Of a stretch of 34,349 bases of DNA, positions 26,072 to 34,349 are shown in pieces. The notes under the pieces were generated by a model that saw nothing but the letters and a program-made list of their open reading frames with translations, searched no databases and was not told where the DNA came from. The stretch covers positions 1-34,349 of the forward strand of contig JBDROZ010000119.1 of the NCBI GenBank assembly GCA_043809585.1, in the 5' to 3' direction. A program made the translations under genes and the position numbers. The stretch's first letter is position 1. The number at the start of each line of letters is the position of its first letter. The DNA comes from Candidatus Eiseniibacteriota bacterium (GTDB lineage: Bacteria; Orphanbacterota; Orphanbacteria; Orphanbacterales; Orphanbacteraceae).

Positions 26072-28528
26072 ATGAGAAACCCTTCGGACAGGGGAAGGAA
26101 CCGGGGAACGGGCCGGGCGGTGGTCCTCTCGCTGGCGGCGGCCCTCCTTTTCGGATGCGGGGCCCAAGAACTCTACAAGCCGCCGACGGCACCTTACCAG
26201 GTGGTGGGCCGGCTCGAGCTGCCGAGCGAGGTGGAGGACGTGGCCGTACTCGGCGATTACGCGTACCTCGCCGCCGGACAGGCGGGGCTCATCATCGTCG
26301 ACATCTCGGACCCGACGAAACCGGTCCTCGTCGAGACGCTCGGAACCGTGAAGTACGCCGAGAAGATCGAGGTGGTGAGCGTCAGCTCCGGCGGGGGCGT
26401 CACGGACATCGCCTTCGTCGTCGAGGGGACCGAGGGGATCACCACCTATGACGTCACGGACCCGGAGAACGCCTACTCTTTCAACCAGGGAACGACGGCG
26501 GTCGACGGGATCAGCATCTTCGTCGAGCTTCCCGAGGACCCGGCCGACCCGTACGTGATCTATCTCGCCGAGAGCTGGAAGGGCCTCCGGATCTTCGAGT
26601 CCGACCCGACCACCCCGGGACTGCTCCAGTACAACGGCGTCTTCGCCGACACCCGAGGATCGGCGCGGGCCGTCGCCGTCCAGGACGGTTTCGCCTACGT
26701 GGCGGACGACCAGATGGGTCTGGCGATCCTCGATGTCCGCACGCGGGTTCTCGGTTCGGTGAAGATGGTCTCCTCGTGCGACACGAAAGGTGAGGGGAGC
26801 GGGATCGCGGTCCACGGAGACTACGCCTACATCGGTGACTACGAGAACGGGCTGACCGTGGCCGAGATCCGCCGGGAGCCGCTCGTGGAAGGGGGCGAGC
26901 CGATGCCCGTCCCCTACGTGGTCGGCCACCTCGCCCTCGGAGGACGGTGCCAGACCACGGTCTACCGGGACGGCAAGGTCTTCCTCTCCGCCCAGGACGG
27001 CGGCGTCCACATGGCGGACGTATCCGATCCGACGGCGCCCCGGTACCTCGGCACGGTGATCACCTCCGACGCCACCGGGATCGCGCTCGCCAAGTCGGGC
27101 CTCGTGGTCGTCTCGGACCGCCACGAGGGGCTTCTCGTCCTCGCCGGAGGGGGCGCGTTCAGCGACGCCGTCCCCCCCGCGGCGGTGACCGACCTCGCCG
27201 CGGCGGGGGTCGACTCGACGAGGATCCGCCTCGCCTGGACGGCGCCGGGGAACGACGGGCTCTCCGGAACGGCGACGGTCTACGACATCCGCTACGCCGC
27301 CGATTCGCTCGCCTCCGAGGCCGACTACGACTCGGCGACGGCGGCCGAAGGGGAACCGTCCCCGGCGTACCGGGGAACGCCCCAGACTTTCGACGTGACC
27401 GGCCTCGAACCCGGGACCCGCTACTGGTTCGCCCTGAAGACGGCCGACGCCTCCCAGAACTGGTCCCCCCTCTCGAACACGGCGGCGGCGTATACCCCGA
27501 GCGGGAACGTCCCCCCCACCCTCTCCGGCGGGACGCTCCGCCCCGAGGCGGGCACGTCCGACACGACCTTCGTCTTCGAGGTGACCTACCGGGACGGCGA
27601 CGGCGACGCCCCGGCGGAAGCCCGCCTGCTCCTCGACGGGGCCCCCCTCGCCATGACCGAAGTGAGCGGCGACTACGATGAGGGCGCCCTCTTCCGGTAC
27701 GAGGGGTCCTTCGGAACCGGCGTCCACCACTACGCCTTCTCTTTCAAGGACCCGAGCAACCCGGCGGTGACGACCGCGCAGGCGACGGGGCCGTACGTCG
27801 GAGAGGCGATCTTCCGGATGGGAAGCCCGGCAAACGAGCCGGGGCGGGACACGGACGAGACGCTCCACACCGTGGTCTTCACGTACACCTTCGAGATCAA
27901 CGATCACGAGGTGACCCAGGGCGAGTACCGGAACTTGATGGGAACGAATCCTTCCCGGATCGTCGGGGACAATCTGCCCGTGGAGAACGTGACCTGGCTC
28001 GACGCGGTCCTCTACTGCAACGCCGTCTCGAGCTTCCTCGGATTCACTCCCGCCTACACGGTCAGCGGATCGATCATCACGTGGAACAGGGACGCCGGCG
28101 GCTACCGCCTTCCGACCGAGGCGGAGTGGGAGATCTTCTGCCGGGCCGGAACGAACACGGCCTTCTCCTCCGGCGGCCTGACCGAGCAGGGGTGCGCCGT
28201 GGACCCCGTGCTCGACCCGATCGGATGGTACTGCGGCAACGCGGGGACCACGACCCACGCGGCGGGATTGAAGAGCGCGAACCCGTGGAACCTGTTCGAC
28301 ATGCACGGAAACGTCCGGGAGTGGTGCTGGGACTGGTACACGGAGGACCTCGGGACGGGCGTCGGCGTGGATCCCGCGGGACCCGGAGGGGGCTCGCAAC
28401 GCGTGGTCCGCGGCGGCTCCTGGTTCGACTTCGCCCGGGAATGCCGGAGCGCGTCCCGTGCGCCCTATTGGCCGAACTCGAAGGACGACGTCGTCGGCTT
28501 TCGACTGGCCCGGACCGTCGTCGACTGA
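26072..28528 (+). CDS. Lipoprotein with LVIVD repeats, FN3 domain and C-terminal FGE-sulfatase/SUMF1-like domain
   Basis: Lipobox LLFGC. Repeats such as VAVLGDYAYLAAGQAGLIIVDISDPTKP. FN3 IRLAWTAPG..GLEPGTRYWF. C-terminal domain FRMGS, YRLPTEAEWE, DMHGNVREW and RGGSW..GFRLA. Confidence 0.85.
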   Translation: MRNPSDRGRNRGTGRAVVLSLAAALLFGCGAQELYKPPTAPYQVVGRLELPSEVEDVAVLGDYAYLAAGQAGLIIVDISDPTKPVLVETLGTVKYAEKIEVVSVSSGGGVTDIAFVVEGTEGITTYDVTDPENAYSFNQGTTAVDGISIFVELPEDPADPYVIYLAESWKGLRIFESDPTTPGLLQYNGVFADTRGSARAVAVQDGFAYVADDQMGLAILDVRTRVLGSVKMVSSCDTKGEGSGIAVHGDYAYIGDYENGLTVAEIRREPLVEGGEPMPVPYVVGHLALGGRCQTTVYRDGKVFLSAQDGGVHMADVSDPTAPRYLGTVITSDATGIALAKSGLVVVSDRHEGLLVLAGGGAFSDAVPPAAVTDLAAAGVDSTRIRLAWTAPGNDGLSGTATVYDIRYAADSLASEADYDSATAAEGEPSPAYRGTPQTFDVTGLEPGTRYWFALKTADASQNWSPLSNTAAAYTPSGNVPPTLSGGTLRPEAGTSDTTFVFEVTYRDGDGDAPAEARLLLDGAPLAMTEVSGDYDEGALFRYEGSFGTGVHHYAFSFKDPSNPAVTTAQATGPYVGEAIFRMGSPANEPGRDTDETLHTVVFTYTFEINDHEVTQGEYRNLMGTNPSRIVGDNLPVENVTWLDAVLYCNAVSSFLGFTPAYTVSGSIITWNRDAGGYRLPTEAEWEIFCRAGTNTAFSSGGLTEQGCAVDPVLDPIGWYCGNAGTTTHAAGLKSANPWNLFDMHGNVREWCWDWYTEDLGTGVGVDPAGPGGGSQRVVRGGSWFDFARECRSASRAPYWPNSKDDVVGFRLARTVVD

Positions 28529-28544
28529 TCAGGAGGACCACCCC

Positions 28545-29654
28545 TTGAACGAGGAACTTCGGACGACCCGGTTTCATTTCATCGATCAGTACCGCGGGCT
28601 GATCGGCGTCATGATGCTTCTCGGCCACAGCAACTACTACTTCAACTACATCTGGAAGCAGTTCGACCCCCTCGATCCGCTCTTCGGCGAGTGGGGGCAG
28701 TTCGCCCTCCGGTACATGGGCTACCTCTGCGCGCCCGGCTTCCTGATGATGAACGGCGCCATGGTCTGGTGGGCCTACAAGCGGCGGGTGGAGAAGGGCG
28801 TCGCCGACTGGAGCGCCCGGTGGCACCTGATCCAGCGCGGGCTCTTCCTCGTGCTCGTGCAGGTCACATGGGTGAACTCGTCGTGGAGCGGCTTCGACCG
28901 CTTTCGCCCTGCCCACCTCGGCATCATCGCCTGCATCGGGCTCTCCATGGTCCTCCTCACGCTGATCGTGAACTACAAGTGGCCCGTCCGCCTCGGCGTG
29001 GCCCTCGCCTGCTTCCTGATCCACCCGCTTCTCATCCACATCCACTACGACGCGGACGTGACGTGGCAACGGGTGATCATGCAGACCTTCGTCGACTCGG
29101 GGGACTGGAACAAGTACCCGGTCATTCCCTGGTTCGGCCTCGCCACGATGGGTTCGGTCATGGCGAGCGGGTGGCTCCGGATCTGGAAAACGACCCGGGA
29201 GCGGTTCCTCTGGAGCCTCGGCATCGGCCTCGCCGCGATCGGACTCGCGACCGTCGTCCGGCTGGCGGGGGGCTACGGGAACATCTGGCCCTTCCAGGAG
29301 ATCGGGCACTATTCGTTCTTCCTCGACAACAAGTACCCGCCGAGTCTCTACCACAACCTCTGGTTCTTCGGTTCCGTGACGATGGGCGTCGGCGTGATGG
29401 CGCTCCTCGGCCACTGGGAGCCGAATCTTCCGGCGCCCCTCGGCCTCGTCGGGAAGGTGCCCCTCTTCTTCTACTGCGTCCACATCGGGATTCTCGGCAT
29501 CTTTTCGAAGCGCCTCGGTTTCTTCTATCACGAGGGGGCGGTGGCCGCGTCCCTCTTCGGGATGATCGTCATGCTCGGGGTGATGATGCCCCTCACGGTC
29601 TGGTTCGGCCGGGTCAAGAAGAAGAGCACGAACTACATCATCAAGATGATCTGA
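28545..29654 (+). CDS. HGSNAT/DUF1624-like multi-pass membrane acyltransferase
   Basis: AGGAGG RBS then TTG 28545. IDQYRGL..MMLLGH, LCAPGF, RGLFL, YPVIPW and KYPPSL motifs, with about 9-10 hydrophobic segments. Confidence 0.75.
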   Translation: MNEELRTTRFHFIDQYRGLIGVMMLLGHSNYYFNYIWKQFDPLDPLFGEWGQFALRYMGYLCAPGFLMMNGAMVWWAYKRRVEKGVADWSARWHLIQRGLFLVLVQVTWVNSSWSGFDRFRPAHLGIIACIGLSMVLLTLIVNYKWPVRLGVALACFLIHPLLIHIHYDADVTWQRVIMQTFVDSGDWNKYPVIPWFGLATMGSVMASGWLRIWKTTRERFLWSLGIGLAAIGLATVVRLAGGYGNIWPFQEIGHYSFFLDNKYPPSLYHNLWFFGSVTMGVGVMALLGHWEPNLPAPLGLVGKVPLFFYCVHIGILGIFSKRLGFFYHEGAVAASLFGMIVMLGVMMPLTVWFGRVKKKSTNYIIKMI

Positions 29655-29670
29655 CGGGAGGATGGGAACC

Positions 29671-30162
29671 ATGAAGTTCGATCGGAAAGCCAAGGTCCTG
29701 GTCCTCTCGTTCCTGATCGCCTTCGCCGCCGGGTGCGGCGACCGGGAGGAGTTCGGCTCGGAAGGAGAGAACGGGACGACGGTCTTCGCGCCGAAGAAGG
29801 GCGATGGCGTCACGGCGGCCATCACGTTCTGCGAAAAGGTCGGGAGCAAGACGGGAAAGCCGATCGGGGAAGGAACCGTGTTCATCGCGGGCGAGGACGA
29901 AAAGGTCCGGGCCCTCGTGGAGATCGGGAACGCCCGGGCCCTCGGCGAGAGGGAGCTGATGTTTCATCTGATGTGGATCGACCCCGAGGGCAACTCCTTC
30001 TACACCAAGAGGATCGATATCACACCGGAAGGCGGGGAGGCCGAGATCCAGAGCGCCATCTCGATTCCCCCTGACAAGAGGGAGCCGGGGATCTACACTT
30101 TGCGGGTCTTCCTCTTCCGCGAGCGGATCGCCGAGAAGACCTTCGAGCTCATCGCGCCGTAA
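29671..30162 (+). CDS. Small lipoprotein with predicted beta-sandwich (Ig-like) domain
   Basis: GGAGG RBS, lipobox FAAGC, and a W..P.G....GIY.LRV pattern. Function unknown. Confidence 0.7.
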   Translation: MKFDRKAKVLVLSFLIAFAAGCGDREEFGSEGENGTTVFAPKKGDGVTAAITFCEKVGSKTGKPIGEGTVFIAGEDEKVRALVEIGNARALGERELMFHLMWIDPEGNSFYTKRIDITPEGGEAEIQSAISIPPDKREPGIYTLRVFLFRERIAEKTFELIAP

Positions 30163-30216
30163 GCGCGGGCCGGACCGGCCCTCGGGCCCGGAGGATCTCC
30201 CCCACGGAGTAAGACC

Positions 30217-31386
30217 ATGACCCTCTTCCTGATCCTTCTGGTCTTCGTGCTGCTCGTCTGGACGTGGGAGGCGATCAAGCTCCGCCGGGCCCTCCGGGCG
30301 ATTCCGACCCGGATCCACGTGAACGGGAGCCGGGGGAAATCGTCGGTGACGCGGCTGATCGCCGCGGGCCTCCGGGAGGGCGGGATCAGGACCGTGGCGA
30401 AAACGACCGGCAGCCGGGCGAGGTACATTCACCCGGAAGGCGAGGAGGAGCCGATCGTCAGGCTCGGCTCGCCGAACATCTGCGAGCAGGTCGGCGTGCT
30501 CGACCGGGCGCGCCGGGAGAAGGCGGAGGCGATCGTGATGGAGTGCATGGCCCTCCGGCCCGATCTTCAGATCATCACGGAGAAACACATCCTCCGTTCC
30601 ACCATCGGCGTCATCACCAACGTGCGGGCCGATCACTTGGACGTGATGGGGCCGACGACGGCGGACGCGGCGATCGCCATCTCCTCCACCCTGCCGAAGC
30701 GGGGCGCCGCCGTGATCGGTCCTACGAAACACGCGGAAATCTTGGAGGCGCGGGCCCGGGAAAGGGGATCCTCGTTCGAGATGGCCGACCCGAGGGGAAT
30801 TCCGGAGGGGGCGATGAGGGGTTTCGCGTACATCGAGCACGAGGAGAACGTGGCCACCGCCCTCGCCGTGACCCGCCGTCTCGGCATCGACGACGCGACC
30901 GCGCTCCGGGGCATGTACGGGGTCACCCCCGATCCGGGGGCGTGCACCCGCCGGGAGTTCCTCCACCGGGGGCGCCCGATCGAGTTCATCAACATCTTCG
31001 CGGCGAACGATCTCGAGTCGACCATCACCATCTGGAACCGCGTCGGCCTCTTGCCGGGGGGCGGGATTCCGAGCGTGGCGCTCCTCAATCTCCGGGGAGA
31101 CCGGATCGACCGCTCCCTTCAGTTCGCGGAGGCGGTGGAGGAGGCGCTCGTCGCGGATCACTACGTGATCATCGGCGAGGTGCGGGACCGGATTTACCGG
31201 CGGTTCGTCCGGCGGGTCCCGAAAGAGAAGCTCCACATCCTCGGAAAGGTCACCGCCGCGGAGACCTTCGACCGGATCGCCGAGATCGACCCGAGGGGGG
31301 CGCGGGTCGGAGGCGTCGGCAACATCGGGGGGCTCGGGCACGGAATTCTGGTCTGGGTCGAACGGACGGAGGGCGCGTCATGTTGA
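30217..31386 (+). CDS. pgsB: Poly-gamma-glutamate synthase (Mur-ligase-like) PgsB/CapB
   Basis: N-terminal TM helix. IHVNGSRGKSSVTRLI, AKTTG, ECMALRPDLQ, ITNVRADHLDVMG, PDPG, FAANDLEST, RGDRIDRS and GNIGG. Confidence 0.93.
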   Translation: MTLFLILLVFVLLVWTWEAIKLRRALRAIPTRIHVNGSRGKSSVTRLIAAGLREGGIRTVAKTTGSRARYIHPEGEEEPIVRLGSPNICEQVGVLDRARREKAEAIVMECMALRPDLQIITEKHILRSTIGVITNVRADHLDVMGPTTADAAIAISSTLPKRGAAVIGPTKHAEILEARARERGSSFEMADPRGIPEGAMRGFAYIEHEENVATALAVTRRLGIDDATALRGMYGVTPDPGACTRREFLHRGRPIEFINIFAANDLESTITIWNRVGLLPGGGIPSVALLNLRGDRIDRSLQFAEAVEEALVADHYVIIGEVRDRIYRRFVRRVPKEKLHILGKVTAAETFDRIAEIDPRGARVGGVGNIGGLGHGILVWVERTEGASC

Positions 31387-31844
31387 TCGCCGAAGCGATC
31401 GGGATCGGTCTGGTGGTCAGCCTTCTCTTCGTGGAGGCCGTCGGATTCGCCGCGGGGGGCTTCGTGGTGCCGGGCTACATCGCCCTCTACCTCGACTCCC
31501 CCCTCCGGCTCCTCGGCACCCTGCTCGCCGCGACGGCGGCCTACCTCAGCGTGCGCGTCGGAAGCCGTTTCCTGCTCATCTACGGCCGGCGGGCCCTCGT
31601 CTTCGCCGTCCTCACGGGGTTCCTCTTCGGCACCCTCACGTCGCGCATCCCTCCCCTCGATTTCCTTTCCGCCGACACGTCGCTCCAGGCGATCGGCTAC
31701 ATCATCCCCGGCCTGCTCGCGTACTGGATGAACCGCCAGGGGATCGTGCGGACCCTTTCGGCCATGATGGTCGCCGCCGTGATCGTCCGCTTCGCGCTCA
31801 TCATCTTCCACGGAGGATCGGTCCTTGAGACGGTTGCTCTATAG
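31380..31844 (+). CDS. pgsC: Poly-gamma-glutamate biosynthesis membrane protein PgsC/CapC
   Basis: ATG 31380 overlaps the pgsB end. IGIGLVVSLLF.E..G..AGGFVVPGYIAL, LIYGRR and IGYIIPGLLA. Confidence 0.92.
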   Translation: MLIAEAIGIGLVVSLLFVEAVGFAAGGFVVPGYIALYLDSPLRLLGTLLAATAAYLSVRVGSRFLLIYGRRALVFAVLTGFLFGTLTSRIPPLDFLSADTSLQAIGYIIPGLLAYWMNRQGIVRTLSAMMVAAVIVRFALIIFHGGSVLETVAL

Positions 31845-33009
31845 CGCCGCGCCGTGGACGAAGCGGGCGGACGTCCTGCTCGTCTTCCTCGCCATCCTCG
31901 GCCTCGTCTTCCACGTGATCGCCGAGGAGACCCGCCGAATCGCGGCCCAGCCCCATCTCATGGACAAGATGGCGGCCGCGACGAATTCGGTCCGCTGCTT
32001 CGAGGCGATCCGGCAGCACCGGATGGGCACGCCGGCGGCGATGGACCGGGAGAACGACCCGGAGGGGAGCGGCCTGATCGGCCAGGAGTTCACCCTCACC
32101 ACCACGGACCGGGGCATTCTCGAGGCGAAGCTGATGTCCGTGAACCCGAACTTCGCGGCCCTCTTCGTCGAGTACTTCCACGAGCTCGGTCTGAAGCCGG
32201 GCGATCCGGTGGCGATCGCCATGACCGGATCCTTCCCGGCCCTCAACATCGCCGTGATCTGCGCCGCCGAAAAGATGGGGCTCCGCCCGATCCCGATCAC
32301 GTCCGTCGGCGCTTCCATGTGGGGGGCGAACGATCCGGAATTCACCTGGCTCGACATCGAGACCCTTCTCCGGGAGCGGGGGCTGATCGAGACGAAGAGC
32401 GTCGCGGCGTCCATCGGCGGGAGCAACGACCGGGGCCGCGGGCTCTCCCCCAAGGGGCGGGAGCTCCTCCGGGAGGCGATCGACCGGAACGGCATACCGC
32501 TCATTCACGAGAGGACCTTGGACGACGCCATCGCCCGGCGGATCGAGATCTTCGAGTACGAAGCGAAGTCCCGGGGCGTGAAGGCGTACGTCAACGTGGG
32601 AGGCGCCGCGGCGAGCATCGGAACCAGCCTGAACGGGGCGCTGATCAAGAGCGGCGTGAACCGCACGCTCCCCTCGTACAACTGGACCATCCGGGGCGCC
32701 CTCCACCACTTCGCCCGGAAACGGGTGCCGGTCATCCACATTCTCCGGATCGAGACCCTGGCGGAACGGGCCGGGTTCCCCGTCTCCCCCGATGACATCC
32801 CCTCCGTCGGGGAGGGAGACATCTTCCACCGGGAGGTGTATGATCTGCGCATCGTCGTTCCCGCCTTTCTCACCTTCTTGATCCTCTGCTTCGGGGTTCT
32901 CCGGGCACGGCACACCGCGGCGGTTCGCGCCCGGGAGAGCGAGGCGGCGAAGGCGGAGCGGAAGGAACGGACGGGGGAAAAGGCGGTCTCGGAAGGGAGT
33001 TCGAATTGA
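31825..33009 (+). CDS. pgsW: Poly-gamma-glutamate system protein (PgsW-like)
   Basis: GGAGG RBS, TTG start, TM helices at both ends. GLIG.EF..TTT.G.LEAK..S.NPNFAA, GDPVAIAMTGSFPALNIA, SVGASMWGANDP and YVNVGG...SIG. Sits directly after pgsBC. Confidence 0.85.
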   Translation: MRRLLYSAAPWTKRADVLLVFLAILGLVFHVIAEETRRIAAQPHLMDKMAAATNSVRCFEAIRQHRMGTPAAMDRENDPEGSGLIGQEFTLTTTDRGILEAKLMSVNPNFAALFVEYFHELGLKPGDPVAIAMTGSFPALNIAVICAAEKMGLRPIPITSVGASMWGANDPEFTWLDIETLLRERGLIETKSVAASIGGSNDRGRGLSPKGRELLREAIDRNGIPLIHERTLDDAIARRIEIFEYEAKSRGVKAYVNVGGAAASIGTSLNGALIKSGVNRTLPSYNWTIRGALHHFARKRVPVIHILRIETLAERAGFPVSPDDIPSVGEGDIFHREVYDLRIVVPAFLTFLILCFGVLRARHTAAVRARESEAAKAERKERTGEKAVSEGSSN

Positions 33010-33908
33010 GAAGGCCACTCCTGGCGCTCGGCCTCGCCGGAGCCCTTCTCGCGTTTGCGGCGGCGGACGCGGGGGCGGCGTCGAAACGCATCCATCCCAC
33101 GAACGACGCGGAGAAGATCACGCTCCGGATCGGCCGGGGCAATTCGACCTATCATGTCGCGACGGCGGAAAAGCCCTTCGAGTTCAAGATCAAGGGGCCG
33201 ACGCCCATCCGCGTACTCTCCCGGCTGCTCTTCGGCGGCGGGACACCCGCGGACCCGACCCGTTACCGGGTCCGTCTGGAGATCGACGGCGTCGAACTCC
33301 GCACGGTCGGGGAAACGACGGGGCCTGCGGGCGACTCCGATTTCGGTGGCGACCCGGTGGGGGACCTTTGCAAGCGGGTCCTCACGATCCCGGCGGGGAC
33401 CCACAAGGTGCGCGTCTATCCGATCGAGCGGGACCTCCGCATCGCCGTCCGCCTCTTCCGGGGGGACGGGCGGACCCGGAAGCCGGTCTGGGTTTCCTAC
33501 GCGCCGGAAACGTACGAGCGGGCGATTCGCCTTCACGCCCGGGATTCGGAGTACACCTACTACCGCTTCAGCACCGGGACCCCCGTGACGCTCTCCGTGC
33601 ACGGCCCCCTCCGCCTGCGGATCATGACCCGCCTCGACTTCGGCGTCGAGCGGGGTTACTACCAGAACTACGCGATCAAGTGTTTCCTCGACGGCGAACT
33701 GATCCGGACCCACAATCTCCGGGCCCGCCCGAGCCACACGTCCAACTACCCCGACCTCCCGGAGATCACGCCGGGCACGGGCGAGACGGTCGAAATGGAA
33801 GTCCCGAAAGGCCTGCACCGCATCGAGATCGGCCTCGATTGCACCACCGGCGAAACCGCTTCGATGCGCATCATGATCCCCAAGAGGGCCGTCACGAACG
33901 GCCGTTAG
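33006..33908 (+). CDS. Secreted hypothetical protein with an internal two-domain duplication
   Basis: TTG overlaps the pgsW stop (TTGA). Signal peptide. Repeats YHVATAEKPFEFKIKGPTPIRVLSRLLF..YRVRLEIDG and YYRFSTGTPVTLSVHGPLRLRIMTRLDF..YAIKCFLDG. Confidence 0.75.
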   Translation: MRRPLLALGLAGALLAFAAADAGAASKRIHPTNDAEKITLRIGRGNSTYHVATAEKPFEFKIKGPTPIRVLSRLLFGGGTPADPTRYRVRLEIDGVELRTVGETTGPAGDSDFGGDPVGDLCKRVLTIPAGTHKVRVYPIERDLRIAVRLFRGDGRTRKPVWVSYAPETYERAIRLHARDSEYTYYRFSTGTPVTLSVHGPLRLRIMTRLDFGVERGYYQNYAIKCFLDGELIRTHNLRARPSHTSNYPDLPEITPGTGETVEMEVPKGLHRIEIGLDCTTGETASMRIMIPKRAVTNGR

Positions 33909-34051
33909 CCCGGACGAGCCCGTCTCGGCCCATCCGCAATGTCGCTCCATTGCACATCTTCCCCGACCATGTAAACCACTTCGGGGCTCGGGCCGATCCT
34001 TGGAGTAGGTCACGGCGCCGGTCTCGTTCCGGCGCTCGAAGGAGGAAGAAG

Positions 34052-34255
34052 ATGAGTCTCGACGATCAGGCGGCGCGGCGTCTCTATCTCACTCTGCTCC
34101 GGAGCCGGGGGCAGACGGAATCTCCGCGGAAGCCGGGCGTCCGCCGGGCGATGCTGATCCAGGCGCTTCGCCGGAAAGGCCTCGAGATCCCGGAGGAGAA
34201 GATTCTCCCCGTCGCCCCCATCGCCGAACCGGCGGACCGGCTCGGCCGCATTTAA
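34052..34255 (+). CDS. Small basic hypothetical protein (67 aa)
   Basis: Strong AGGAGG RBS at 34040-34045, then ATG 34052 (MSLDDQAARRLYLTLLRSRG...). No recognisable family. Confidence 0.5.
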   Translation: MSLDDQAARRLYLTLLRSRGQTESPRKPGVRRAMLIQALRRKGLEIPEEKILPVAPIAEPADRLGRI

Positions 34256-34349
34256 CCTTGATTCTCCATAAAATCTCGGCTCAAAACGCTGACGCTCGCA
34301 TGATAGCACGCCATCTGCGACAGGGCGCGGCATTCACCAATGCTCACAT

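Noticed and set aside
7213-28399. Very long alternative-frame or antisense ORFs (e.g. 7213-10143 -, 16532-19000 +, 21536-24157 -, 25808-28399 -) and the 5' extensions of 19565, 23134, 30264 and 5534
   Set aside because: These are shadow ORFs caused by high GC3 codon bias. They are Arg/Gly/Pro-rich or mirror real genes that have clear family motifs and RBSs.
28380-28528. Diversity-generating retroelement variable region in the FGE/CLec-type C-terminus
   Set aside because: No template repeat or reverse transcriptase is visible in the window.

Overview
GC-rich bacterial DNA, probably from a diderm of the FCB-related candidate lineages (Eisenbacteria/Krumholzibacteria/Latescibacteria-like). That placement is inferred only from three large secreted proteins ending in an FlgD-Ig/'PNPFNP...WDG...SG.YF' C-terminal domain. 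(1) 1-5560 is an accessory, mobile-element-rich stretch. It holds a ~250-bp palindromic element, two ~94%-identical 183-bp CTA(G)-bounded hairpin elements, an ICMT/PEMT-family gene, a DUF4846 gene, a complete IS4-family element with a 9-bp target duplication and an M24 Xaa-Pro peptidase. (2) 5700-13951 is metabolic: an MBL hydrolase, pterin carbinolamine dehydratase, ferritin, glycogen phosphorylase, a PAS/pseudo-REC/3xGAF protein with no output domain, and an animal-like phenylalanine hydroxylase. (3) 14012-33908 is the most interesting part. A divergent promoter pair drives a large C25 (gingipain-fold) protein leftward and a tightly packed 10-gene operon rightward. The operon encodes a beta-helix protein, a second C25 paralogue, a probable outer-membrane beta-barrel, an LVIVD/FN3/FGE-like lipoprotein, an HGSNAT/DUF1624-like membrane acyltransferase, a small lipoprotein, poly-gamma-glutamate genes pgsB-pgsC-pgsW and a tandem-domain secreted protein. 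Both C25 proteins appear to lack the canonical catalytic His. My best candidate for an undescribed system is a diderm poly-gamma-glutamate synthesis/export/modification/surface-display locus with no capA/capD/capE. All calls come from manual motif reading; no searches were run.
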